Source of the DNA: Protoeuglena noctilucae
Taxonomy: Eukaryota
NCBI GenBank assembly: GCA_958009085.1
Contig: OY253684.1
Location: 186,001 to 250,000, forward strand
Direction: 5' to 3'
DNA length: 64,000 nt
Below are positions 36,001 through 49,000 of the stretch, in pieces. Both the position numbers and the translations under genes were made by a program. The number at the start of each line of letters is the position of its first letter. The first letter of the stretch is position 1. Under the pieces are notes generated by a model. The model saw only the letters and a program-made list of their open reading frames with translations. It made no database searches and had not been told where the DNA came from.

Positions 36001-38102
36001 AGCGCACTCCCCAGCTCCCCGGGCTCCACCACCAGCTTCCCCGGCCCCTGCTGCCGGTACCCCATCACCAGGTCGACGATGTCCTGGGTCGACCCCCGCA
36101 TGCTGTCCTCGTTCAGGCCGCTGAAGGTGCGCAGGTCCCGCGTCTTGGGGTCCGCTGCGGGGGCATGGAGGCACCGCCATGAGCGGATGCAGAGGCACCG
36201 CATGTGCCGAGGGCGGCACCGCTAATGTCGGTGGGGCGTGCGAGGGCCAGCAGGCACCTGAGTCGTTGCGGGCGGCCTGGAGGGACCCCTCCTCGCCATC
36301 CGAGAGCATTCCGTGCTTCTTCAACACGTCCAGGCCGTTCCTCCCATAGTCCTCACGGAGAACCGGCTCAGCACCCTCGCCTGCGGTGCCAGTCGACAGT
36401 GTGAGACGACGCACCGCTGGATGCATGTCATCCAACGAGTTTGGATAGTTTCACACATCCCGACACGTGGCTCACCCTTGCCATCCCCCGTGGCGCCCCG
36501 CATCTCCACCACCTCGTGGAAGCGCTGCAGAATCTCCGCCTGAAAGAACGCAAAGAGAATGCGCTCGCATGTTGCACGTCTCTCATACAGCTCCGCAGGT
36601 CCACATCTACGCTCTCTGGTGTTTTCCTGAGTGCCACCCGCGCGTTGGCCGCTTCCGCTCACCTCCAGCGCATCCCGCACGCGCTGCAGCTGCTGCTTCA
36701 CTTTCTCCAGTCGCTGCGCCCTCGCCCGCTCCGCCGTCTCCACGGCGTCCTCCGCGGGGATGGCAGGGCCGGTGGGCATGGACTGGCCCATGGGCCCGGC
36801 AGGAACGTCGACCTGCGAGGCACCACCACAGGGCATGTGGCCACAGCGGCGTCGTCAGTCGGCACATCGAGCGGCGACTGCGATACTTGTTCTGATTACA
36901 ACACCTTCCACTCTCTTTCTCGTGCCAACGCACCTTGACGCCCTTGGCGGACGTCTCCTGTGCCGTCATGGACAGCAGCACCCGTGTGTGCTGTATGGCC
37001 ATGCGCGCGCGGTTGCTGTTGCGCTCCGTCTCCTTGTTGGTCGTGTCCACGAGCTCCACGGGGCGCCCCGACTCGACTGCGGGGGCACCGCCGGACTCGT
37101 GAGCTGGCATAAGGAGCAGCACAGGCAGGTCTCCACCCACGCACCTCCGCGCTGCCACTCACCCGCGTCCACCACCCGCAGCAGGCCCTCCAACCGGTCC
37201 AGCACCCCCAAGTCCCGGTCCAGCCGCCGCTGGCCCTCCGCGGTGACGGCGCTCCGGGCCCCCGCGCGCGTCCCCGGGCGACCCGGCGACTCGGACGCCC
37301 CCAACCGCAGCAGGCGCGTCCGGTGCTCGATGCGCTGGAACGTCCGCGCCCGCACCTCGTTCATCTCGGGCTCAAAGACCCCCCGCATGTCGAGCGTACG
37401 CTTCAGCTGCCGCGCCTCCTCCCGCACCGCCGCGTCCACCGCGTCCAGCTCCCTCTGCAGCTCCGCACTGGGAGGCTGGCCCACCCACCGAGCCGCCTGC
37501 GCCTGGCTCACGGCGGGCGCGCCCCCCTCGGGTCCCTCCGCCCGCTGCCCCGCCCCCGCAGCCTCCTGCCGCAGCTCCTCCCGCGCCCTCGCAATCTCCT
37601 GCAGCACGCCCCGCGCCTCCTCCGGGCTCTTTCCCGCCAGGTACCCCGCCCGCACCCCCGGCTCTCGAGCGGAGGACATGCGCGCCTGCAGGTCCCGGGT
37701 GGTCGGCACCGGGTCCAGGGGTCGGATCTGCCGGCCATCCTTCAGGGACTTGCGCCGCGTCGGCGCGATGCCATATTCGATGAGGAGTTCCCGCACCGTC
37801 TCCTCCCAGTCCTGGCTGCAGGCGACGGGGCGGGAAGGGCCAAGACCGTCGGCGCATGTAGGCCTGACCAACAGCCAGCGGAAGCCGCGCGCTGCGACGC
37901 GTTCGGCCCGGAACGATCGCACTGGCGGGAGCTTGTCATACCTTATGTCCTCCCAGGGCAGCGTGTTGTCCACATGGCCCTCGAGCTCCGTCTCCACGCT
38001 CCGCTTGATGAGGAGCTTGCATGACACGCAGTACTTGCCGCCGACGTGGATGTGGACGGCGTCGTCCCGCGGCGTCACAGCGCGAGCACTCGGCGACTCC
38101 AT
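33086..38102 (-). CDS. Large multi-exon coiled-coil protein with a CCDC87-like C-terminal helical domain
   Basis: LSRIWELLQMTPSQRAAMAVKYG...FEQAVMLWEAAASAMVERERAL resembles the CCDC87 C-terminal region. Several GT-AG-bounded exons lie upstream. Ends are approximate. Confidence 0.55.
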
Positions 38103-38743
38103 GGAGACGCGGTTCCGGCCATTGTCGCTGCGGAGGCGCGGGGCAGAGGCCGACGTTGGGAGCCAAGCCTGCGTACCTGCTTGCCAAGTCCCCGGCGACG
38201 AAGTCCTGCATGCTTCGCTTGCGTAACATTAATCGGACACGCGAAGCAGCGCCAGCTGTCGGCGACGCGCCTGGAGGCCATCGTCCGCGTGCGCGTGATG
38301 CCGTCCCTCGCAACAGAGCCCTCCGAGCTCTGTTGCTTGGCTGCCACCCGCATGGGCATTTCGATTGCTTCGAGATGGGAAGGTGGCGCTACAACGGCGG
38401 CGTTGCTATGGCAGTAGCTGGAGCATTGGCATGTGTGGACGCGCCACACGCCAACGGCGCTGCCTGGTGACCGATGCGCCACTCGGGGGACTAGTTGTTC
38501 AAGGCAGTAAGTGCTGTGCAGGGCGATTGCGAACAATGAGAGACTCCTCTGGCGGTGCCAGCGACCTAAACCCTAACGATTGCCGGGCCCATTGGGGGAT
38601 GGAATGGAATGGAAAAACACGCAATTAAAGCGCGTGCGTGACAATGGTCAACGCGCTCAATCAGCACAGGGCCCAAATCGACCCAATCATGTAGACTGCA
38701 GCAGAGGACGGTGACCCAGGTGCATTGCTAGAACTTGCTACTC

Positions 38744-40600
38744 TCAACCGAGGCACCCACAAGCTTCCCACGAGCAGGCCTGTCCGCGCTCAGCCTGGAG
38801 GTGCTGGCTTGCGGCGGTGCCTCCACTTTCGACTCTTGGACCGAGCACAGCTGCGGTGGGGAGCATGGTGCAGGTGAGCTGAGTCAAGAGGATGCGTGGC
38901 GCGAGCGCGGCCGTGCGGCAGGCCACTCACGACTGCATGCACGGGGACGCTCCGGCTGAACTCGACGCTCCGCGACACCCTTGCGTCCTGCGAGGACAGG
39001 GTACCTGTGCCCTCGCGCCTGTCGTCGCTGGCTGCATCCGCCAGGTCCACGGGGACGTATCCGTGCTTGGCGAGCCAGGGGTGTTGCAGGAGCTCCTCCA
39101 TGCTTGGCCTCTCGTCATAGGTCCTGCGCGTGGCAGGGAGGGTGGCGGGAGTGCAGGGGTTCGCATGGAGAGCCACAGTGTAAACCATGAACCCCCTCTA
39201 CTGCATGGGCCGCTCACTTCTTGAGACACTGCAGGACGAAGTCCTCCAGCTCGGCGCTCATTTTCTTGGGAATGGCCGGGAGCTTGGTGAGGATGTTGGC
39301 CTTGATCAAATCCTTGGTGCGGTCGTAGAAGGGCGAGAGGCCTGCAGGACATCGCCACAGTTGCTGCACAGGTTCACTCATTGATTGCAACTACCGATGG
39401 CAGCACCCGCGCCAGGCAACAACACCGCGGGACCCACCTGTGACGATCTCCCACGCCAGCACGCCCACGCTCCACACGTCGCACCGGGAGTCGTACGTCG
39501 GTCGGCTTAGGTCCCGGTTGCACTCACAGGAGACCTTAGCTGGGCATTGGAGTACCTCGGGGGGCATATACTCCTGCACCCTCGACGGGGAGTGTGGATG
39601 ACAGTCGCAGCGGCTAGAAACGCAGCCGCCCACAACAGGGTAGGTGTGATCTCGCTGACAGCGCCCCTCCGCTCACCAGGGTGCCGAGGCGCGTGGTGGG
39701 TCGCTCCCGCCTGTGGTCGATGGCCAGGCCCAGGTCGCCGAGCAGGATGGTGGAGTCGGGGCGGACGAGGATGTTCTCGGGCTTGATGTCGCGGTGGAAG
39801 ATCCCGGTGCGGTGCAGCCGCGCCAGGGCGGTGCAGACGGGGCCGATGACGCGGCGGGCAGCAGTGCCCTCCGAAAGTCGCTCGCGGGTGTGCATGACGT
39901 GGAACAGGTCGCCCCCACCGACGAACTCCATGACGAGGTAAAAGAAGTCGGGGTCCTCCCAGGACGCATACAACGGCACCACGCCCGGCATGCACGCTGC
40001 AGGGGAAGCGTGGAAAGGGGTGCAGGTCACGACTCGGGAATGACAGCGCGGGTCACCGCCTGGTGAAAGCGAGTAGCTCAAGGCAGGGCATGGCGTGCAC
40101 ATGGCGCCCCTATGGCGCCACCGCGCCACACGCACCCGCTGCGTGGATGTCCATCTCCCGCTGGCATTGATGCGCGTGCACGGGATGCATGCCGGCCTTG
40201 GTGTAGGTCTTGAGAGCCACGACGTGCTGGGAGGCCCGGTGCATGGCCTTGTACACCGCGCTGGCCTTGCCCCCGCCGATGGGCTTCACGACCACGAACG
40301 CCTCGACGCCGAACGGCCCCTGTCGCATGTCATCCGGGGCGAGCTTGGTGATGGTCAGGTCGGTCACGGGTCGCCAGGACGGGGGGTGGGCGAGGGCTTG
40401 GGGAGGAACGTGCTCCGGTGGAGCTGATGGAGGGGCCCACTGCGGCAAGCAAGGTAAGGAACGTTACGCACTCAGGGCTACAGAGAAGTGTGCACGCCCC
40501 CTGGATTTGCTCGCATCGAGCTCTTACTGTAGCGGTGGAGTCGGATATTTCCGAACCATGGCGCGTGGTGCAGGGCGTGTTGTCATCTGCAGACCATTGA
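38744..40600 (-). CDS. Ser/Thr protein kinase, Aurora-like; multi-exon, ends approximate
   Basis: IGGGKASAVYKA, VALK, HRDIKPENIL, DLG (in place of DFG), GTL..YMPPE, DVWSVGV and RPSMEELLQHPWL. Confidence 0.88.
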
Positions 40601-41033
40601 GAGCGCCAGGGTCAGGTAAGTAGGCATATGGCACTTAAGCGGCCTGGAGTGACACGTGGGCTTGCACGACAACATGGGCAGGTGAAGTGATTCGCGTGTG
40701 CGCGCGTCGCAGTCCCAATAACTCAAGTCCAAACTTGAGTTAGCAGACCAAAGATCAGCTTGGCTTGGCATAAGGACCGCGAGGAGAACCACGCCGATCC
40801 AACAGCCTTGCAGGCGCGTCGCAATACATGCGCGCCTCCCGCGGGCCTGCCAGCGGGCTCCAGCTGATGTATCGCAAGCTAAAAAGCCTTTGTTCTATGT
40901 ACGCAAGCTTTGTGAGCGAAGGACGCAGCGAAAGGGCAAAAAGATCAGGTCGCCTTTTCCCCTCTTGTTCACATCCCCCTCCGCTGCGCTCCCCCCAACT
41001 GGCTGCCCACTCCGCCCAATCTTCTTCCAAAAC

Positions 41034-41144
41034 ATGAGCGGTGCAGCTGCTGCGGCCTTGCAAGCGGCCCCGAGTGCGGGCGGCGCACAGGAAGAGCGAA
41101 AGTCGTTGCCGATTTTATCGCTCGAGCAGTGGCTATCGGATTAA
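41034..41144 (+). CDS. Candidate 36-aa small ORF
   Basis: ATG in ccaaaacATG context after a pyrimidine-rich leader, TAA stop, and TGTAA at 41167-41171. Confidence 0.3.
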   Translation: MSGAAAAALQAAPSAGGAQEERKSLPILSLEQWLSD

Positions 41145-41503
41145 CCTGCACAATAAGCAGATTTAATGTAATGAAATGAGCACAATGGCAGGCTTTGAAC
41201 CGCACCGACCACGAAGGACCACGAAGGCTTGCTTGAAAAAGCGACGCGGGCGCCAGTACACAGGTGTGCAATGGCACAGCTCGTCGTTGGCGCAGACACG
41301 TCGCAGTTGGCAGCAGCGCTGTGGGAAGCACGTCGGCAATCACTCACCCATCGCTAGTGTGCAGGGTCGAAGGTTGCTGCAGCTTCGCGTATTTGCTGTG
41401 GGCAGCTTAGTGTCCTTGGGTCTCGCCAAGTTCCTTGCTTCATCGCTTGTATCGAAAATTGCATCCATCATCCCGGCTCAAGGTCGGCAGCCATCGGCGG
41501 AGC

Positions 41504-43287
41504 ATGGCCGGGATGTACGCGCTAGGCGCGGGGGCGGCTGGGGCTTTGCGCGTCTCACCATGTGTCATGTCGTATGCACGAGCCATGAATTTTGTGTGCA
41601 CGGTGAGACGCACGCCGGCGGCGACGGCCAGAGCTGGCAGGGAAAGGGAAAGGGCGCGTTCATGGGACGGCCACGTCCTGTTCTCGGCGCTTGCAGGCCC
41701 GCGCTCAGCTGTCATCTTCAGGGTGCCGTTCTGGGCGAACGGGCGTGGCATGTCGCGCGGGCGGTGACCAGCGTGAGGGTGGCCAGCCGCCACGCGACGA
41801 TGAGTTTGACCGCGAGTCCATGCGGTCGTTGGACGACGCCCAGCGCATCCTGGAGGACATGCTACAGGAGATATGCAACACGCTCTTCGTCTCCGAGGCC
41901 GCCGCATTTGTGACTGGCGACGCGGCCGACACGACACAGGTGTGCGGGCGGGACGCCGCCCGTGCGTCTCTCCCCTAAACTGCCTTGGGGCGATATCATC
42001 CGCGTCCCCGGCCGCAGGCGGAGGTCGTGCGCGAGGCTGTCGCCAAGCGCATCGAGGTCTTGGACCAGGGGTTCCTCACCGCCTGCAGCGCCTATGCGTC
42101 TGTGCTGGCGGCCTCCCCGGGCAACGCCGACCTCCTGGGCCTCATACAGGACATCCAGCAGGAAGTGCTGCGAGCCGTGACGACCAGGATGCCGGCGCCG
42201 ATGCGGGTGCGGGCGAGGGACGGCTGGGTGCTGCGAGGGCGGTGTGACGTTGTTGCCTCAGCGTGCGTCCATGCCACCCGCTGCAGGTGTTGGACCGCGT
42301 GCTGGGAATGGCAGACGCGGCGAGCAGGAGGGCGTTCCTGGAGCAATGCGCCCTCGCCGACGTCGAAGCCGCAGAGGCGGCCGGGGAGGAGCGCCCAGAC
42401 CCGCCCTCTTCCTCCAAGGGCCCTGACTCTGACTCGCCTGTCCTGCCATGCGCCACCGCGTCGATCGTGGCCATCGCCAACCAATTCATCGCGGACATGG
42501 AGGAGCGAGAGACGGGTGAGGGTTGGCTTTTGGAAGAGCGCCAGCCATGGGGCTGCGGTGCAGGTGCAACAAAGGGCCGTGGCCCATTCGCGCCCTCGCA
42601 GTCCCTGACCGGCAGCTCCTGGCGCGCCTGTGCTTGGCTCGGGAAGACGCGTGGGAGGTGGACCGGACCCTCTTTGAGCGTGGCGCGTATGAGGGGCGGC
42701 TGATGCCCGCTGGCGGGGGGGACACGGGGATGCCGGAGCGTGCTCCCAGCCTCGTCTTCCCCACGGAGCTCCCGCGCGTGCAGCTGGGGTTCCTGGCAAC
42801 GGTGAGGAGCTCGGCAGCCGCGTGCATGGCGAGTGTGTTGATCTGCTCGTGGCGACTCCTCAAGACTTAACACGATGCGCTCCCCATGCAGCTCCTGCGC
42901 TCCCCCGACCAAGAGATCCCCGGGCGCGTCGAGTCGGCGTTTGTCGCGGACCAGCCCGACGCGGTGTCGCCGGGGGTGATGGAGGAGATGCCGCAGCGGG
43001 ACGCGGAGATGGCGGAGATGGGGCGGCGGCTGGCGGCCGGGCAGCGGGGGCGCGGGCAGGGCGCTGCGGTGGCGCCGCCCGAGGTGGTGCGGCCCGGGGC
43101 GTTCCTTCTGACGCTGGCGGCGCTCGAGTGCGAGGTGGTCGGGTCGCTGCCGGGGGCTGAGGTGGAGCAAGTGGAGCGCATGCGGGTGATTCGCAAGCAG
43201 GCCATGGAGGTCCTCGAGCGCATGGCGGCGGGGGAGCTCCGGGAAGCGGAGAACGGAGACATGGAAAGGGACGCGTTCCCGATCTAA
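41504..43287 (+). CDS. PRDA1: PRDA1-like (PEP-related development arrested 1) plastid protein
   Basis: Transit-like N-terminus. IVAIANQFIADMEERETVPDRQLLARLCLAREDA, TELPRVQLGFLA, VRPGAFLLTL and KQAMEVLERMA parallel plant PRDA1 motifs as I recall them. Confidence 0.72.
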
Positions 43288-43572
43288 GGGGCACAGCAGG
43301 GCGGCGACCGGGCACGGCAGCAAGTGTTACGCTGTGCGCGGGGTGTGGGCTCTGCGCCTGTGATTGTCCACTGTTTTCAATGTCTCTGGTTTGTTCAGCC
43401 GGTGACTGCAGCTGCCACTGCCTCGTTTACTTGGCCCCCTCGCCTGCCAACTGTGCTGTGTTTCTACGCAAAGGCCCCTTCCCAAACATTCTTTGCCGCC
43501 TGAACGACCGAGCCCAGCATGCGCGTGATGTGGCCCACGAGTCCCTGCGCCCATGGGCAAAGCAGGTCGCAG

Positions 43573-45976
43573 TTATGACCAAAGCGTACCAGGAACATGG
43601 CACAGGGCCAGACCCTGTGCCACACCCACCTGTCCCTCCCCGTCCTGCTCAATGGAGCTTGCCTGCTGGCTGACACGCCTTTTCCCAGACTGCGAGCCAG
43701 AGGATGGGGTGACGACAAACGGACGCACGCATCGCACCAGCAACGCACTCACACGGCAAGCGGTCACCTTCTGCGCTGGCGTGTCGGACCGGGCCGCCTT
43801 GGCGTTCCTCGACCTCTTGGCCACCCCACGCGACGTCCGCGCCCCTCGCTTCCTTCCCCGCCCTCCCCCGCCCTTCTTCGCGGTTCGCGCCTCCCTTGCG
43901 CCCCCGCCCCGCCCCTGCGTGCCCTGCACACCGCTCGTCCCGGCTTCCGCATTCGCCCCATCTCTCCTCCCCGACCTTGTCTGCCGGCTTCGCCCCTCGT
44001 CACCTCCCCTCCCAGCCGTCCCCTCTGCTGGGTCCTCCTCCGGATCAGATAACACGACCACCACCTCGCCCCCCACTGCGTGCACGTCAGAGGCGTCGTG
44101 CATGCCTGCAACCAGGTCGCAGCTCCAAACCGCATCCCTGGGCACGCCATTCATCGCAGCACCCACTTGCGGATTCTGGGAGGAGCAGGACCTCCTCAGG
44201 TGGCCTGTGGTGGGGAGACATGGCCAGCGAGGGGAAGTGACACCCGGCCGTGCGCGGGGAGTTGAAGATCTCCGTCAGCGGCGCTTTCTGTGGGCCAACG
44301 GGGGTCGGGCGTCAGGCCGAGCACGCCCGGGCATTCACGGGCAAGGCGTGGTTGGGTCCGCGTCCCTGTGCACAGCATCACGCACAAGGTGACGCACAAC
44401 ATCCGCATCGCTTCGCTGCCCACCTTGGGCTTGTGTTGGTGGCAGTAGAAGTGCCTCTCGTCTAGGTCCTCGATGCCGGAGGTGCCCCGGAGGGCCCAGA
44501 GCGCGCGGTTGCGGCAGGCGTGGCATGGAATGACGGGGAGCTTGTTCTGGATCACCACGAGGATCTGAAGCGGCGATGCCGCGATGTCGTCATACACCCG
44601 CGCCGACACGCGCATGGGGCCCTCCACGAGGACCAGGCAGTCCATGGGAGACGCCCTGCAGTCACCCAATCGGAGGCGCGGCAGTCCAGCCGCACGCTGA
44701 CACAGGCATACAGGCGCAGCTGTGCAGCCGGACGCACGCTCGTATTGTCCTCACGTGTCATACTGAAAGCCCACGACCTCGTTGGAATGGACGAGCCGGT
44801 CCATCAGGCGTGTGTCGTAGGGCAGACGGTGGCAGTCCCGCAAAGAGTCTCCGTCCCGAGAGCACTGTGGGCGGGAAGCACGCGGCAGATTCCCAAGCTG
44901 TTCGTTGAGGGCAGTGGGAAAGACTTCAAGGCCCAGAAGATACCATCCTTGCGACTGCGCACCTGAACGGGGCGTGCCGTGGAGCTCTGGGGCGAGACGA
45001 AGGGGGTAGGCGGGCCCAGCGCCACGTCATGCAGCAGGAGCTGGCTCGCTGCAGATGAAGAGGAGGAATGGCTGGGGACAGAAGTCACGTGACAGCCAGG
45101 GATGCCCACATCATGCCGCTTCAGATTCTCACCGTGTCCACGGCAGCACGGCTCGCACCACGTCTTGCGCAGCACCTCGTCCAGACCTGCCATGGTCGCA
45201 GACGGGGTCGCCAGGAGCGTGAGCCGAAACACGCCCTGGAAAGCCTGCACCCTCGAGAAAAGCTGTGAAAGAGTTCCTTTCCAAGTCAACACCCAGACAG
45301 CAGTACGTCGACACAGGGAGGTTTGGAGGAAACTGGTCGGCACCCACCTGAGCCTGCAGCTTGAGGACGACCCGCTGGTCGGATGGGACGTCATCCGAGG
45401 GCCCGATACACCGTGCCAGATGCGCATCGTGCTCTTTGCGAGGTAGCTCGCTCTGGCATCGCTGCGTGCGGGAAATCCGGCGCTGTTGAGCGCGGCGCGT
45501 GCACAGCTGGTTGTCCCGTCCGATCGCGGGCCCCAGCTCACTCACGTAGCACAGATATGGAGGCATCGGAAACCATTCCTTGTCCTCCGCGGGTCCCTCG
45601 TCCCCCGCCCCCGCCATCGCGCGAGAAATTTCCCCCCGCCCGTAGGGTCCTCAAGGTACTGGGGTTCGACGATGCTTCGGCCGACCCCCGATGACAGCTC
45701 CTCTTTTTTTTGATTGAGAGCTGATTGGCATCCGAGCATGGCTATCCTGTCCGACCGGCAGTCCAGTCTGACAGGGCGCTTGTTACCGGCGACATACTGG
45801 GAATTCAAAATCTCGCCTTGCCAGCAGCTCCGGAGCCAGCGCGCGCACTCCACAAGCGCATCCCGATCGAGCTCCGAACCCCGTGACGTGGCCATGGACG
45901 CCAGCGGCGTCCTCGCCCGCCTTGTGGGTGCAGGCGACGCCCTCGATGGTTCGGGGGAAGGGGCCGCGGCGGTCAT
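43573..45976 (-). CDS. Multi-exon Cys/His-rich protein resembling the prokaryotic pRiA4b-ORF3-related Zn-binding family, with a basic C-terminal tail
   Basis: Manual splicing gives CYRC..HLARC, LDEVLRKTWCEPCCRGH, GFQYDTAS, QNKLPVIPCHAC..CHQH and IFNSPRTAGC. Confidence 0.6.
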
Positions 45977-46060
45977 CACGGTGGGTCGACTGCGATGCTC
46001 GAATGGCGTTATTCGAAACGCCTGCTCTGGGAGCTGAAAGCGCGCCCAGGGAAACGAGCT

Positions 46061-49000
46061 ATGCAACGCCAACGTGTTTTTCGGATGCAGGCTGCCGCGC
46101 TGACGGAGGAGGATCTCTCCAAGCTTCGCGCTGCAGAGGCAAAAGACTGGCATGCAGCTGCGTCGTCAGCTGAGGCGCTGGGCCGACTGCGGTCGTGCCT
46201 GGTGGCCCACATCTTCCACGGGGCACCTCAACTGCGCGCGCTCGGGGCTTGCGCGTACCTGGCAGCTCTCGGCAATAGCGCAGCTCCGACTGCCGCTCTT
46301 CTGGACGATGTTGCCCTCCACGGCGTCCTGAGGGTCTGCCGCGAGGCCGCGCGCGCCCTGGACCGTGCCTCGGGCCCAGAGGTGGGGGCGGCCACGCGCT
46401 GAGGCCTTGGCCGGATGCACTTGAGCAAAGCCTGCAGGCGGTATGTCAATCCATGGCCTGCGTCTGGCTAGGACTAGGGGTGGGCGGGCAGGGCGCAGCA
46501 TGCCTGGCATGCCTCGGCCACTGCAGGCTGCTCGCCTGCAGTGCAACGCTTGTCATGTCCTGTTCCGCGCACGCAGGACCCCGGGCTGGCGCACGAGAAG
46601 GACGAGTCCGTCGACGCAGACATGGAGGCAGGCCCGGTCGTGGAGGCAAACTGGCCTGCCATCCTGGCAGCAGTGGTGCAGGGCATGGCCCCAGCCCTGG
46701 CGCGCGTGTCACTCAAGGGGAGCGAGGACCTGGTGCGGGCGACCTCGGAGACGCTGCTGGCGTCGGCCGCAGCGTCGGCGGACGTGGCTGCGGCGGCGTT
46801 CGCGGCGCTGCGGGAGGTGGCCGACGCGCGCCACGGGGACCTGCGGGACACGCTGCGTGTGGTGTTCCACCAGCTGTCGGGGGCCGTGCTGGCCTTCGCC
46901 TCGCGCGGCGGAAAGGGCGCCGCCGCGTCGGTCCTGCGCGCCGCGGCCGTGGACTTCGCCTGCGCCGTGGTGGAGGAGGAGCCCCGGGCGGGGCCAGCGG
47001 CGGCGGCGCTCGTGCGGCACGTCTGCCTCAAGTGCCCCGACCGCGCCGACGTGCGCCAGAGCACCGTCGGCGCCGTCTGCCGCCTCACGCGGACGCTGCC
47101 GTGGAGCGAGGCGAGTGGCCGGCTTGCCAGCATGCCCGCATTTCAGCACGTCGTGACGTGCATGCCTGCTTGCCTCTTCTCCCTGCTATCCACGACCTGT
47201 CCTCCACGCCTTCCCTGTGCAGCAACAGCGCGTGGTGCTCTTCCTGGCCAAGATGTCCCGCACCAAGTCCGCGGCCCACCGCGTCATGGCCGTGGACCTC
47301 GCCCAAGAATTCCTGGTCGACTTCGAGGGCGTCTTCGCCGTCCCCGAGGAGAGGCCCAGCGAGGAACCCGCCGAGGCGCCACGGACGCCCGCGCCTGGCC
47401 CCACGCCGGGGCCCGCCTCGGCGCCGCGCGCGTCCCTCACCCCGGGCGCGTCGGCCAAGTCCCCCGCCTCGTCTTTGCGGCTGGCCCTGGCCACGCCCTG
47501 CTCCGTGGGCACGGACGGGCTCCTCCGCACGCCCTGCGCCGCGCCCCTCCCTCACAGCGTGCCCCTCGGGGTCCTGTGCCTGGCCGTCCTCCTGCAGCGG
47601 TGCTCAGACCGCCAGGCGTCGGTGCGTGCGCGCGCCCTGTCGCAGCTGGCCGGGGTGCTCGAGGGCCTGCGGGAGGGCGGGGAGCGCGACCTGGCCGCGG
47701 AGGCGCTCTGGAGGCTCGGGTCGCTGCAGGCGGGGGGCGGGGCCCCGCTGCCGTCTGCCGTCCGCACGCGCGACAGCTTCATGACGGATCTGCCGACGCA
47801 CCTCACGGCGGCGACGGCGCAGACGGGCGGGGCGACCGGCGGGGCCCCGGGCGCGTCGGGCACCGCGGCGCCGCTGCACACCATCGCGCGGCTCAAGCGG
47901 TTGGCGCAGCGCCGCGGCGGCGACGACCGCGGCGCCGTGCGCAAGGCGAGCGTGGCCCTGATGCGGTCGCTGCTGCTGCTGGCGCGCTTCGTGGCCGAGG
48001 CCGGCGACCCCGAGGACGCGAGCCCCACCGCCGAGGACCTGGCCCTGCTGACGCGGGGCGCGGCCGACGTGCTGCTCACCGTGAGGCGGGCGGCGCTGGC
48101 CGCGCTCGTGGACCTCGCCGCGGCCTTCCCGGGCACGGCGCTGGCCACCGAGGCGGCCGTCGCGGCGGCGTGCCGCCTGGTGCACGACCCGGAGTCGGCC
48201 GTGCAGGGGGCGGCCCTGGACGCCATGGATGCGCTGGTGCTGGCGGGGCGGGGCGCGACCGCGGGGCTGCGGGCGCTCGCGCGGCTCGGGGCGCGGGGCA
48301 CGGCCGCCGCGGCGCGTGGNNNNNNNNNNNNNNNNNNNNNNNNNNNNNNNNNNNNNNNNNNNNNNNNNNNNNNNNNNNNNNNNNNNNNNNNNNNNNNNNN
48401 NNNNNNNNNNNNNNNNNNNNNNNNNNNNNNNNNNNNNNNNNNNNNNNNNNNNNNNNNNNNNNNNNNNNNNNNNNNNNNNNNNNNNNNNNNNNNNNNNNNN
48501 NNNNNNNNNNNNNNNNNNNATGGCAGCCGTGGCGCCCCGCTTCCCAGGCACGGAGGCGGCCGATGTGGCGGCGACGCTGCTGGAGGACCTCCTGTCCCTG
48601 CAACTGCCGTGCAGCCTGGCCACGGCGCACGTGCTGGCACTGGAGCGCTTCTGCTGCAGGTGAGGGGTCTGGCGTGCATCTTGTGGACGACGGTGCTCGC
48701 GCGGCTGCAGTCTGCCAATGCGCACCTTCCGCTCTGCACCCAGCGCTGCCGGTGACCTGGACACGCGGGCGGGGAAGGAGGCGCATGCTGCTGCCATGCG
48801 TGCCTGGGTCGAGCAGGTGTACGCCGCGGCGGAAGGCGAGGTGCGCACCTTCGTGGACGTGCTGCAGGCGGGTGCCGAGGTCGCGGAGGGCGACGCGCAG
48901 GCGACTGCGGCCATCTACGCCGTGGGGGAGGTCGCGCTGCTGGGCGCGGCGCCCGTGCCCGGGCAGCTGTCAGGCGAGGACTGCTACGCTTTTATTTTGA

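Noticed and set aside
36631..38226. 531-aa plus-strand ORF and many similar long antisense or alternative-frame ORFs across the window
   Set aside because: These are shadow ORFs expected from stop-codon scarcity at high GC. They overlap better-supported spliced genes and show no motifs.
48320..48519. Frame discontinuity in CAP-D3 across the N run
   Set aside because: This is a scaffold gap of nominal length, not evidence of pseudogenisation
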